A DNA stretch of 58,515 bases, from positions 1-58,515 of the forward strand of contig JABDJV010000101.1 in NCBI GenBank assembly GCA_013003295.1. Reading direction: 5' to 3'. This document shows positions 18,401-26,324 of this stretch, piece by piece. Position numbers and translations under genes: made by a program. The DNA is from Pyrinomonadaceae bacterium (GTDB lineage Bacteria; Acidobacteriota; Blastocatellia; Pyrinomonadales; Pyrinomonadaceae). Every line of letters starts with the position of its first letter. The stretch's first letter is position 1. The notes below the pieces were generated by a model. That model was not told the origin of the DNA. It did no database searches and saw nothing but the letters and a program-made list of their open reading frames with translations.

Positions 18401-18834
18401 GATCGAGCAAAAACTTAAAGCAATTGGCGAGACCTTGCCACCGCCGAAGGAACACGTTGCAAATTACCTCGGCTGTAAGAAATCGGGAAACCTTTTATTT
18501 GTCTCCGCACGCGTAAGCGAGATCCGCGGAGAGGTCGGAAGCGATTTGGTCGTCTCCGAGGGCCAGCTTGCTGCAAAAGGTGCACTTCTTGATTTTTTTG
18601 GCGATCGTAAAAAACGAAATAGGAGATCTCGACCAAATTAGCTCGATCGAAAAAATGGTTGGATTTGTCCGCTCAGCTCCGACATTTACCGAACAGCCGA
18701 AAGTGATCGACGGTGCTTCGGATTTGCTGGTTGCGCTTTGGGGCGAAGACGGCCGTCATGCCCGAACTGCAACCGGTGTTGCTCAATTGCCTTTTGGCGC
18801 GGCGGTTCAGCTTGAACTGATAATGCGCATGTGA
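18393..18834 (+). pseudogene. RidA/YjgF family gene split by a +1 frameshift in a T7 run
   Basis: Frame 1 (18393-18641) gives the RidA N-terminal half. Frame 2 (to 18834) gives ...MVGFVRSAPTFTEQPKVIDGASDLLVALWGEDGRHARTATGVAQLPFGAAVQLELIM, the RidA C-terminal half. Removing one T from TTTTTTT (18593-18599) joins them as LLDFLAIVKNEIGDL. Confidence 0.7.
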
Positions 18835-18866
18835 ATTTTTGTAACTGTAGTTAATTAGGAGGACAA

Positions 18867-19031
18867 ATGGATCAGGAAGGAAAATACGTCGTCGCCGCTG
18901 AGGTCGACACACAATACAAAGGCTGCGTAGTTGCGCCTGAAGATGCAATGATCATGGCTACTCATACGGTAGTATTTGGGCCGGACACAAAGGAAAACTG
19001 TGAGAATTGGAAACGCCAGAACTGTATATAG
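18867..19031 (+). CDS. Small ORF (54 aa), hypothetical
   Basis: Not in the ORF track because it is under 60 aa. AGGAGG (18858-18863) lies 3 nt before ATG 18867. Translation is MDQEGKYVVAAEVDTQYKGCVVAPEDAMIMATHTVVFGPDTKENCENWKRQNCI, with stop TAG at 19029-19031. Confidence 0.45.
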   Translation: MDQEGKYVVAAEVDTQYKGCVVAPEDAMIMATHTVVFGPDTKENCENWKRQNCI

Positions 19032-19053
19032 ACATAATTGATCAAAGGACTCT

Positions 19054-19926
19054 ATGAGAACACTTATTGCTTTTTCCTTCTTACTCACTCTTAGCGGGCT
19101 GGTTTTTGCCCAAGGATCAAACTCGGAAATATTTCTATTTGACATCGAAAAAAAAGAGTCGGATTTTGCTTTCTTAAACGGCGAAAATATCACGAATAAT
19201 AAGAGTTACGATAATCAGCCCTCTTTCTCTCTTGACGGAAAATCGATTTTATTTACTTCAGGCAGAAACAGCGGAAACTTTGACATATTTGAATACAGTA
19301 TTGCCGATAAGAATATATCTGAGCTGATATCTTCTGAGAACGGAGAATACACCGCAAAGGAATTCGATAAAAACACCGTGATGTTTGTCCGGGAAGGAAA
19401 AAACGATCAGGGAATGGGCGTTTGGAAGTTTGATCGCCGGACAAGAAAGAGTATGCCAGCTCTAAAAAACAAAGAACCCATCGCCTATTATGCCTTCAAT
19501 AGGAAAGGCGATGCGCTCGTCTGGATCCGTTATGCGTTTATGATGCACTGGGTAAATCCGGAGAGCTCGATAAATAGATTTGTGGCAAACTATGCCCAGC
19601 CGAGCGTCCCGCACCTGATACCCGGCACAGACAAATTTAGTTTTATGCAGCGTCATCCTGATGATTCACTATGGATTAAGGAGTTTGATCCGGCGACCCG
19701 GGCTGTGCGTCCAATCGTACCGGCAAAAGACGGCGAAAAAGATTACGCTTGGATGCCGGATGGAAGTTTATTGATCGGAAGCGGCAGCAAACTATTCAGT
19801 TTCAACGGAAAGACCGATAAATCCTGGAAGGAGGCCGCCGATCTGAAAGTCTCCGGCATAAAGGATATAACCAGAATGGCAGTAAGCCCGGATGGAAAAA
19901 ACCTGGCTTTGGTTGACAATAGATAG
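19054..19926 (+). CDS. Periplasmic PD40/TolB-like beta-propeller repeat protein
   Basis: Signal peptide. PD40-like motifs YDNQPSFSLDGKSILFTS and MAVSPDGKNLALV. Confidence 0.6.
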   Translation: MRTLIAFSFLLTLSGLVFAQGSNSEIFLFDIEKKESDFAFLNGENITNNKSYDNQPSFSLDGKSILFTSGRNSGNFDIFEYSIADKNISELISSENGEYTAKEFDKNTVMFVREGKNDQGMGVWKFDRRTRKSMPALKNKEPIAYYAFNRKGDALVWIRYAFMMHWVNPESSINRFVANYAQPSVPHLIPGTDKFSFMQRHPDDSLWIKEFDPATRAVRPIVPAKDGEKDYAWMPDGSLLIGSGSKLFSFNGKTDKSWKEAADLKVSGIKDITRMAVSPDGKNLALVDNR

Positions 19927-19936
19927 GTGCGCGACT

Positions 19937-20063
19937 CCCCTCCTTTCGAAGGAGGGGTACGGCTTCAGCCGGGGGGTGGTTTTGAAGGTTCATTATCTAG
20001 AATTATCAATGAAATAGTCGGACCACCCCGCCCGACGGGCACCCCTCCTAAACTTAGGAGGGG
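19937..20063. repeat. GC-rich hairpin cluster bounded by two CCCCTCC hairpins
   Basis: CCCCTCCTT-TCG-AAGGAGGGG (19937-19957), CGGC-TTCA-GCCG (19960-19971), GCCC-GAC-GGGC (20030-20040), CCCCTCCTAA-AC-TTAGGAGGGG (20042-20063). Confidence 0.75.
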
Positions 20064-20090
20064 AATTTTAAGTTTTACGAGGTACGACTA

Positions 20091-20420
20091 ATGCAAAAAC
20101 AAATGATCTACACAAATACGCCGGACGTTCCGGGAAGAGAGATCCTGGAGGTGCTCGGTGTCGTTACGGGAAATGTTGTTCAGACGAAACATCTCGGGAA
20201 AGATATTGCGGCAAGTTTTAAAACCCTCGTCGGCGGAGAGATATCAAGTTATACGCAGATGCTAACGGAAGCCAGGCACAAGGCGATCAGCCGAATGGTC
20301 GATCATGCTCTAAAAATAAATGCAGATGCGATCGTCAGCCTTAGATTTACGACCAGCTCGATCATGAAAAATGCGTCGGAGATATTAGCATATGGAACTG
20401 CGGTAAAATTGAAACCTTAG
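20091..20420 (+). CDS. YbjQ/UPF0145 family protein
   Basis: 109 aa. VLGVVTGNVVQTKHLGKDIAASFKTLVGGEI..YTQMLTEARHKAISRM is the typical YbjQ sequence pattern. Confidence 0.8.
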   Translation: MQKQMIYTNTPDVPGREILEVLGVVTGNVVQTKHLGKDIAASFKTLVGGEISSYTQMLTEARHKAISRMVDHALKINADAIVSLRFTTSSIMKNASEILAYGTAVKLKP

Positions 20421-20421
20421 T

Positions 20422-21501
20422 ATGGATTCCATGAACGATGCCCGGATTCTGATCGTCGGTGCCGGCCCGACCGGCTTAACGGCCGGACTTGAATTGGCCC
20501 GTCGGGGAATTGTTCCTGACATCATTGATCGTAAAGAGCAGGCATCCACGCTTTCCCGCGCGGTCGGAATTCTCCCGCGGAGTCTCGATATTCTCCGTCC
20601 TTCCGGCGTTACCGAAAAGCTGCTCGAAGAAGGAATAAAGTTGGAAAACATATCGCTTTACCGAGGACGAACCGAAGCTTTCTCATTTTCTTTGAACGGT
20701 GGTCATCCAAACTGGGAATTTGGACTCGCCCTTGCGCAGGATCGAACCGAATCGATCTTGCATGATGCATTTGTAAAGTATGGCGGGAGGGTAAAATATT
20801 CCACCGAATTACAAGATCTTAATCAGAATAGCGAAAATGTTTTTGTAACCACCGCCGATGGCATGAGAGTTGAATACGACTACGTCATTGGTGCGGATGG
20901 TGTTCAAAGCATTACCCGGAAAGCACTGGGCATTGACTTCATCGGTTTTGATCTCCCCGAGACATGGTCGATCGCTGATGTCGATGCGCCTGACTGGGAA
21001 AACCATGATCGATTTACAATGTGTATGCTTCCAGGTGGAAAAGTAGTCGTCGTCGCTCCGCTTGAGCGCACGCGCTTTCGCGTTATTTCAAATACCGCCG
21101 ATGCGCTCAAAACTCTTCCGCTAAGAATGCATGCCAAAAACATCCGGCGCAAAGGCACATTTAAGATCTCTATCCGGCAGGTCGCTAATTATTCCGTGGG
21201 CCGTGTCTTTCTGGCAGGAGATGCGGCACATTGTCACTCCCCTGCAGGCGGTCGCGGAATGAACCTCGGTATCGCCGATGCCGCCGAGTTGGCCGGGCGT
21301 TTCGCAAACAATACTCTGGATGGATACAGTGTGTCGCGTTATGCCGACGGAAAAAGAACGATCGCGGCAAGCGAACAAATAAGAAAGGTGGTTGCGTCTA
21401 AAAACCCGATAGTACGGGGAACCTTGGTATTAGGGCTGGCGTTCATTAATCAATTCCCGTTTACAAAAAAACTCTTAGCCAAGCGATTTCTTTCCGATTA
21501 G
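20422..21501 (+). CDS. FAD-dependent monooxygenase (aromatic-ring hydroxylase family)
   Basis: GxGxxG in ILIVGAGPTGLTAGLELARRG, DG motif GADGVQS, and C-terminal FLAGDAAHCHSPAGGRGMNLG. Confidence 0.8.
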   Translation: MDSMNDARILIVGAGPTGLTAGLELARRGIVPDIIDRKEQASTLSRAVGILPRSLDILRPSGVTEKLLEEGIKLENISLYRGRTEAFSFSLNGGHPNWEFGLALAQDRTESILHDAFVKYGGRVKYSTELQDLNQNSENVFVTTADGMRVEYDYVIGADGVQSITRKALGIDFIGFDLPETWSIADVDAPDWENHDRFTMCMLPGGKVVVVAPLERTRFRVISNTADALKTLPLRMHAKNIRRKGTFKISIRQVANYSVGRVFLAGDAAHCHSPAGGRGMNLGIADAAELAGRFANNTLDGYSVSRYADGKRTIAASEQIRKVVASKNPIVRGTLVLGLAFINQFPFTKKLLAKRFLSD

Positions 21502-21531
21502 TTGATTGATGCGAGGGCCCGGAGCTTTACT

Positions 21532-22149
21532 ATGCCGTCACTTATTTCCAAACTATCAAAAACTGAAACCCAACGGCTTTTCAAGGATATTTATTACCTG
21601 AACATGGGCGAATTTCGCGAGTTTTGCGATAAACATTCGATTCCCTATACGATCCTTGTCGAGACCAAGGACGGAAAAATCAAAAAGTCCCGCGATAAAG
21701 ATCGCCAGAAAATAATTATAGAGAGGGTTTTATACTATCTTAAGACTGGCAAGATAATTCCTGCGACACTATTTAGAAAGGAAGTAGTTAACCTTTCCGG
21801 ATTGCCTAAAAACGTAACCGAGGAAGACCGTCTCTACTACGGTTGCTATGAAAAGAAGAATCCGAAAATGATCGCGCTGCTGAAGAAACTCACCGGCGGC
21901 GAGTTTAAGAACGGTGCTGTAGCAAGGGTTTTGTGTCGGAAATTTTGGGCCGATGGCAAGGCTCCGACTTTTACCGAATATGCCAAGGCTTGGTTAAAGG
22001 CTCGTGATGATTATTCGCTAGGGCAGCATCCCGAAGCCGCCTATTTGACGGATCGTTCGAATGGGAAGAACAAGAAGAACTGGAAGGAATTGCGCGTAAA
22101 TAAAGCCAAAAGGATTATTGAAATTCTTGAAAAGATTGACCCCGTCTAA
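21532..22149 (+). CDS. Hypothetical protein (205 aa from ATG 21532)
   Basis: Lys-rich. A possible SAP/HeH-like segment (LNMGEFREFCDKHSIPY...IIERVLYYLKTGKI) is a weak call. The track start, TTG 21502, abuts the upstream stop codon (21499-21501). Confidence 0.45.
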   Translation: MPSLISKLSKTETQRLFKDIYYLNMGEFREFCDKHSIPYTILVETKDGKIKKSRDKDRQKIIIERVLYYLKTGKIIPATLFRKEVVNLSGLPKNVTEEDRLYYGCYEKKNPKMIALLKKLTGGEFKNGAVARVLCRKFWADGKAPTFTEYAKAWLKARDDYSLGQHPEAAYLTDRSNGKNKKNWKELRVNKAKRIIEILEKIDPV

Positions 22150-22256
22150 GCTAGGCGCCTTGGACTTCGAGTGTCATATTAATTGCAAATGTAGGAACGG
22201 CATCGCACTGGTGGCAGGGAAATGGGCTAATATGAAAGATCGAACCGCGTAGCAGC

Positions 22257-22643
22257 TCACGGTTCAGTGTATTTCCGCCAGCCGAAGTCCTTTTTGTTCT
22301 TGAGTTTGGAAATTCGCTTAACATTACGTTTAGATCCATCTTTTGTTCGCATGGTAGTGCTCTCAGAAAAAATCCCAAACCTTTGAAACCAGGTGCTTTG
22401 AATTGCTTCGAAAGGCTCCGGATTTAGCGAATTGATTCGTCTTCGCCCCTCTACTTCAGTGAGCACAAGCTCCGAAGTGCGCAAAACATCCAGATGTTTC
22501 ATCACATTGAATCGTGTTAAATCGGGAAACAGCTCGATAATCTCCGTCGTCGTCTTTGAACCATCCCGGAGGGATTCAAGGATCCTTCGCCGGGTTGGAT
22601 CAGATAATGCTTTCCAGACTTGATCTATTTCAGTTTCGTTCAT
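22257..22643 (-). CDS. ArsR/SmtB family transcriptional regulator
   Basis: WKALSDPTRRRILESLRDGSKTTTEIIELFPDLTRFNVMKHLDVLRTSELV is the canonical ArsR wHTH. The C-terminal ~40 aa are atypical. Confidence 0.75.
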   Translation of the reverse strand: MNETEIDQVWKALSDPTRRRILESLRDGSKTTTEIIELFPDLTRFNVMKHLDVLRTSELVLTEVEGRRRINSLNPEPFEAIQSTWFQRFGIFSESTTMRTKDGSKRNVKRISKLKNKKDFGWRKYTEP

Positions 22644-22715
22644 AACAATTTACTCACGTAAATTTTAAGTTACGTTTTGTGATTGTAACGTAACCGAATC
22701 AAAACCTCAACACAG

Positions 22716-23666
22716 CTAAACAACCTTTGCTATAACCGCTGAAAACACAGCTCTTGCGATCATCATATCTTGCACGGCAACACCGGTCAGGTCAGCGATG
22801 GTTATCTGTTCGGGAGAGTTCCGTCCGTTAGCCGAACCGGAAATAACGGATCCTAATTCAACCAGTTCCTCTTCGCTTATTTTTTCTGACCTGATCGCCT
22901 GATAGATCTCGCCCCTTTCCAAACACTGTGAAATACTGTCTGCTACGATCAGGTCGGCACGTTCGAGCAGCTCGGGATCGAGCTCCTGTTTTTGCGGTGT
23001 ATCTGACCCGACCGCGGTAATGTGTGTTCCACTCTGGAGTCCCGGGGCAAATAGCAACGGTTCTTTCGACGGCGTTGTGGTAACGATCAAATTACAGCTG
23101 AGTAAAACCTCGCTCGCGGCAGTTGTACCCTTGACGGAAAAACCTTCGGCCTCCATATCAGATCGAAATCCCTCGATCTGTTCCTCTCCGCGCCCCCACA
23201 CCAGAACACTCTTACAATCTGTAACCGCTTTTAGGTACCGTAATTGCAGACGTGCCTGTATACCGGTTCCGACTATCCCGATCCTTGTAATGTCTTTTGG
23301 GGCAAGATACTTTGCGGCAATTGAGCCCGCTATCGCAGTGCGGACGTCCGTAAGATACCCTTCGTCGAGTAAAACACCGGCGAGTTCGCCCGTCTCCTGT
23401 TTAAAAAGAAGCATCAATCCATTACTTGAGGGCAATCCAAGTTGTGAGTTTTCGTAAAAGCCGGAAGCGATCTTGATGACGTAATAATCATCTTCCTTGA
23501 TATATCCGTATTTTATATGGACCTCACCTTTATCAAGCAAGAGTTCACCCACTGGCGGTACAACCGACCTCTTTTGGGAGTAAGCAACGAATCCCTTTTC
23601 AATTTCAGAGACGAGGTCGATCGATGGTAGGACTTCTTTGATCTGTTCTAATGGGATTATTTTCAT
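22716..23666 (-). CDS. Ornithine cyclodeaminase / mu-crystallin family protein
   Basis: Rossmann motif IGIVGTGIQARLQL plus family-typical N-terminal and C-terminal blocks. Start set to ATG 23666 (MKIIPLEQIKEVL). The track extension to 23729 runs into a repeat element. Confidence 0.8.
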   Translation of the reverse strand: MKIIPLEQIKEVLPSIDLVSEIEKGFVAYSQKRSVVPPVGELLLDKGEVHIKYGYIKEDDYYVIKIASGFYENSQLGLPSSNGLMLLFKQETGELAGVLLDEGYLTDVRTAIAGSIAAKYLAPKDITRIGIVGTGIQARLQLRYLKAVTDCKSVLVWGRGEEQIEGFRSDMEAEGFSVKGTTAASEVLLSCNLIVTTTPSKEPLLFAPGLQSGTHITAVGSDTPQKQELDPELLERADLIVADSISQCLERGEIYQAIRSEKISEEELVELGSVISGSANGRNSPEQITIADLTGVAVQDMMIARAVFSAVIAKVV

Positions 23667-23705
23667 ATTATACGAACCGCTATCAAACAGGCAGAAACCG
23701 GGACT

Positions 23706-23831
23706 GCGAAGGAGTGTGCACCCCATCATCTGAGATTACTGCGTTAACCAAACCACGAACGAATTTTTTGTGGACCGATGCTCGGAGACCGTCACCTGCA
23801 CACTTGCTCACACGCGTGTTTCTGCTTGTTA
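23706..23831. repeat. Dispersed intergenic element of about 125 nt, copy A
   Basis: Shares AAGGAGT-TGCA....TCATCTGAGATT at the left end and TGCACACTTGCTC-C-CGCGTGTTTCTGC-TGTT at the right end with 53871-53998, same orientation and similar length. Its right end overlaps the stop codon of the minus-strand gene 23829-24785. Confidence 0.65.
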
Positions 23832-24785
23832 GCTAAGCACCTCTTTCAATGTCTCAACACCGATGTTCGCGCCGCACAAAACCAAGACGACATTTTTTCC
23901 GGCGTACTTTTCCTTGGTTTTAAGAAATGCCGCGATCGCCACAGCCGCTGCGCCTTCGATGAGCATATGATGACTGTCCATAAATTCGATCAGATTCTGC
24001 CTGATCTCATCCTCGGTTACAGTGACCCATTTATCAACCAGTTCCTGACAAGGCTCAAAAGTTATCGACTCGTCTTCGATTCCGCCCGCCGTTCCGTCCG
24101 AAAGAGTTGGTATAGAAGGCAAGTCTCCAATCAGTTTACCCATTTTGATCGATTCGATCATAACCTGAGAATTCTCGGGTGAGCACCCGATTATCTGAAC
24201 GTCAGGGTTTACAGATTTTAGGTAACCGCCGACTCCGGAAATCAATCCACCGCCGCCGACCGCAATAAAAACTGCGTCGATCTGATCTAGCTGATTTTCG
24301 AGTTCTACGCCGACCGTTCCCTGGCCGCCAACCGTCTTGGGATCATTATATGGAGAGATGTAAACGAGATTATTTTCGTCTGCATATTTCCGGGCATAGT
24401 TTTCGGCCTCGATCGGATCATCGCCATATTCTCTAACCTCGGTCCCCAGTCTTTTTATCGCCTCAATCTTCGAACTGCTCGCTTTTGGTGAAACAAACAC
24501 GGTTCCCTTCGCTCGAATCTTATCCAGACTAAACGCTACCGCAGCCCCATGGTTTCCCGTCGAAGCGGTCACAACGCCTCGCGACAGCTCTTCATCCGAA
24601 AGGGAAAGAATCTTGTTCATCGCACCGCGAACCTTAAAAGATCCGGTGTGCTGCAAATTCTCCAACTTTAGGAAAACGTTGGCACCTGAGAGTTCATTAT
24701 AGAATTCTGACTTTTCGAGACGAGTTTCGCGAACGTGTGAACTAATTCTCGCGTAGGCTTTTTTAACTTCCTCTGGGATTTTCAT
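23829..24785 (-). CDS. PLP-dependent threonine/serine dehydratase family protein (fold type II)
   Basis: PLP-lysine motif HTGSFKVRGA, STGNHGAAVA, and glycine-rich loop AVGGGGLISG. Confidence 0.8.
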   Translation of the reverse strand: MKIPEEVKKAYARISSHVRETRLEKSEFYNELSGANVFLKLENLQHTGSFKVRGAMNKILSLSDEELSRGVVTASTGNHGAAVAFSLDKIRAKGTVFVSPKASSSKIEAIKRLGTEVREYGDDPIEAENYARKYADENNLVYISPYNDPKTVGGQGTVGVELENQLDQIDAVFIAVGGGGLISGVGGYLKSVNPDVQIIGCSPENSQVMIESIKMGKLIGDLPSIPTLSDGTAGGIEDESITFEPCQELVDKWVTVTEDEIRQNLIEFMDSHHMLIEGAAAVAIAAFLKTKEKYAGKNVVLVLCGANIGVETLKEVLS

Positions 24786-25138
24786 GTTGGAGCGCGGACA
24801 TCCTTGTCCGCATCATCGCGTGCGATGAAAAAAAGTTAGCAATCTAAATAGACAATCATGGTTCGTTTGCAATACAAATGTCCCTATTGGTGCACCGACA
24901 TCCAGTCCGCATCATCATTGGAGCGCGGACATCCTGTCCGCATCATCGCTCGCGATGAAAAAAAGTTAGCAACCTAAATAGACATTCGTGGTTCGTTTGC
25001 ATGGCAAATGTCCTTATTGGAGCGCGGACATCCTTGTCCGCATCATCGCTCGCGATGAAAAAAAGTTAGCAATCTAAATAGACAATCGTGATTCGTTTGC
25101 ATAGCAAACGTGCGGGCACGGATGCCCGCGCTCCGGCG
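24786..25138. repeat. Tandem array of a multi-hairpin unit of about 100 bp (3 full copies plus a 31-bp partial copy)
   Basis: Units start at 24787, 24887 (partial), 24918 and 25017. Each carries GCGGACA-TCCT-TGTCCGC, CATCGC-xx-GCGATG, an A-rich stretch, and CGTTTGC-AxA-GCAAA(T/C)G. The array ends with an inverted variant, GCGGGCA-CGGA-TGCCCGC-GCTCC (25112-25134). It fills the whole gap between stop 25139 and start 24785. Confidence 0.9.
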
Positions 25139-26281
25139 TTAAGCGGTGGCCGATTTTCCCTTAATCTCCATTATCAAATCGTGAATCCGATTTAAGGCAG
25201 CGTTCAAATAATCATGCGGCAAACCAAAACTTATTCGCACAAAATTATCGAGCCCAAAGTGATCTCCCGGAACGATCAGCACACTTTTCTCGTTCATTAA
25301 ACGAGTAACAAACTCGGTTGAATTGATATCGAGATCGTATCTCGCGAAAGCGATAGCAGCCGCATCGGGCGGAACGATCTTAAACACACCTTCATGCGAA
25401 TCCATCCACTCTTTCAATACGGGAAAGCCGTCTCGAATGTATTTTCTCGTACGGGCAATTATCCTCGGTCGAACCCCGGGCGAAAGCGCAAGTGCGGCAA
25501 GTTTGTTCGAAAGCATCGTCGCGCTTAAAGCAATATATTCGTGCCGCGCCCACATATCATCCAGCGTTTTTTCCGGCCCGGCTGCCCAGCCAATACGAAG
25601 ACCCGGAAGACCGTAAGCCTTGCTCATGCTTCCCATCGCGATCACCCGGTCATAGAGCCCATAAAATGAAGGGGTCTGTTCGTCAGTTTCGCGCTCGGCG
25701 CCGGCGTATACCTCATCAGCCAATATCCAGGCGCCAACCTTTTCTGCGATCGCCACGATCCGATCTATTTCTTCTAAGGTCGTCGCCCTGCCCGTCGGGT
25801 TGTTCGGATTGCATACCGCGATCATCTTCGTTTCCGGTGTAACGATGCTTTCGAGCTCTTCCAGATCGGGCGTCCAGCCGTTTTCTTCACGGAGATTAAA
25901 GGTTTTTATATTCAGCCCGTGATTTTTGGCGATGCCCCAAATCTGCATGTAGTTTGGCGACATAATCACGATCTCATCCCCAGCGGAAAGCAGTGTGCGA
26001 ACGGTCAAATAGTTTGCCTCGATCGCCCCAACCGTTACGAGAACGTTTTCCGGATTTGCGCCCTCATACAAACGGCTGATATTTTCCCGGAGTTCGGGAA
26101 TTCCGTTAACGTGCGGATAATTGATATCGGTTGCCAAAAGCTCTTCAATGAAGCCCGGATCATCAGCGAACAGTTCGCTCAAAAGCATCGGATGGACACC
26201 GCTCTCCGATAAATTGTAGTCGACGCTCTGCTCAAACTTGGACATCATTCGTTCCATCACGAACGGCTCAAAACTACTCAT
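25139..26281 (-). CDS. Class I/II PLP-dependent aminotransferase
   Basis: NPNNPTG motif and PLP-lysine block GSMSKAYGLPGLRIGW. SD GAGG lies 8 nt upstream of the ATG. Confidence 0.85.
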   Translation of the reverse strand: MSSFEPFVMERMMSKFEQSVDYNLSESGVHPMLLSELFADDPGFIEELLATDINYPHVNGIPELRENISRLYEGANPENVLVTVGAIEANYLTVRTLLSAGDEIVIMSPNYMQIWGIAKNHGLNIKTFNLREENGWTPDLEELESIVTPETKMIAVCNPNNPTGRATTLEEIDRIVAIAEKVGAWILADEVYAGAERETDEQTPSFYGLYDRVIAMGSMSKAYGLPGLRIGWAAGPEKTLDDMWARHEYIALSATMLSNKLAALALSPGVRPRIIARTRKYIRDGFPVLKEWMDSHEGVFKIVPPDAAAIAFARYDLDINSTEFVTRLMNEKSVLIVPGDHFGLDNFVRISFGLPHDYLNAALNRIHDLIMEIKGKSATA

Positions 26282-26324
26282 TTTTCATACCTCATAATCT
26301 TGAATAAATTTTTGTTAAAAAGTA

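Noticed and set aside
22151-22378. 75-aa minus-strand ORF overlapping the ArsR 3' end, considered as the remnant of the SRPBCC/AHSA1 partner gene that often follows ArsR regulators.
   Set aside because: No SRPBCC-like motif is recognisable in any frame. The ORF overlaps the ArsR tail and has no SD.
24786-25138. Possible CRISPR array (regularly spaced repeated hairpins).
   Set aside because: The entire ~100-bp unit repeats, including the segments between hairpins. There are no unique spacers, the repeat length is wrong for CRISPR, and no cas genes are in the window.
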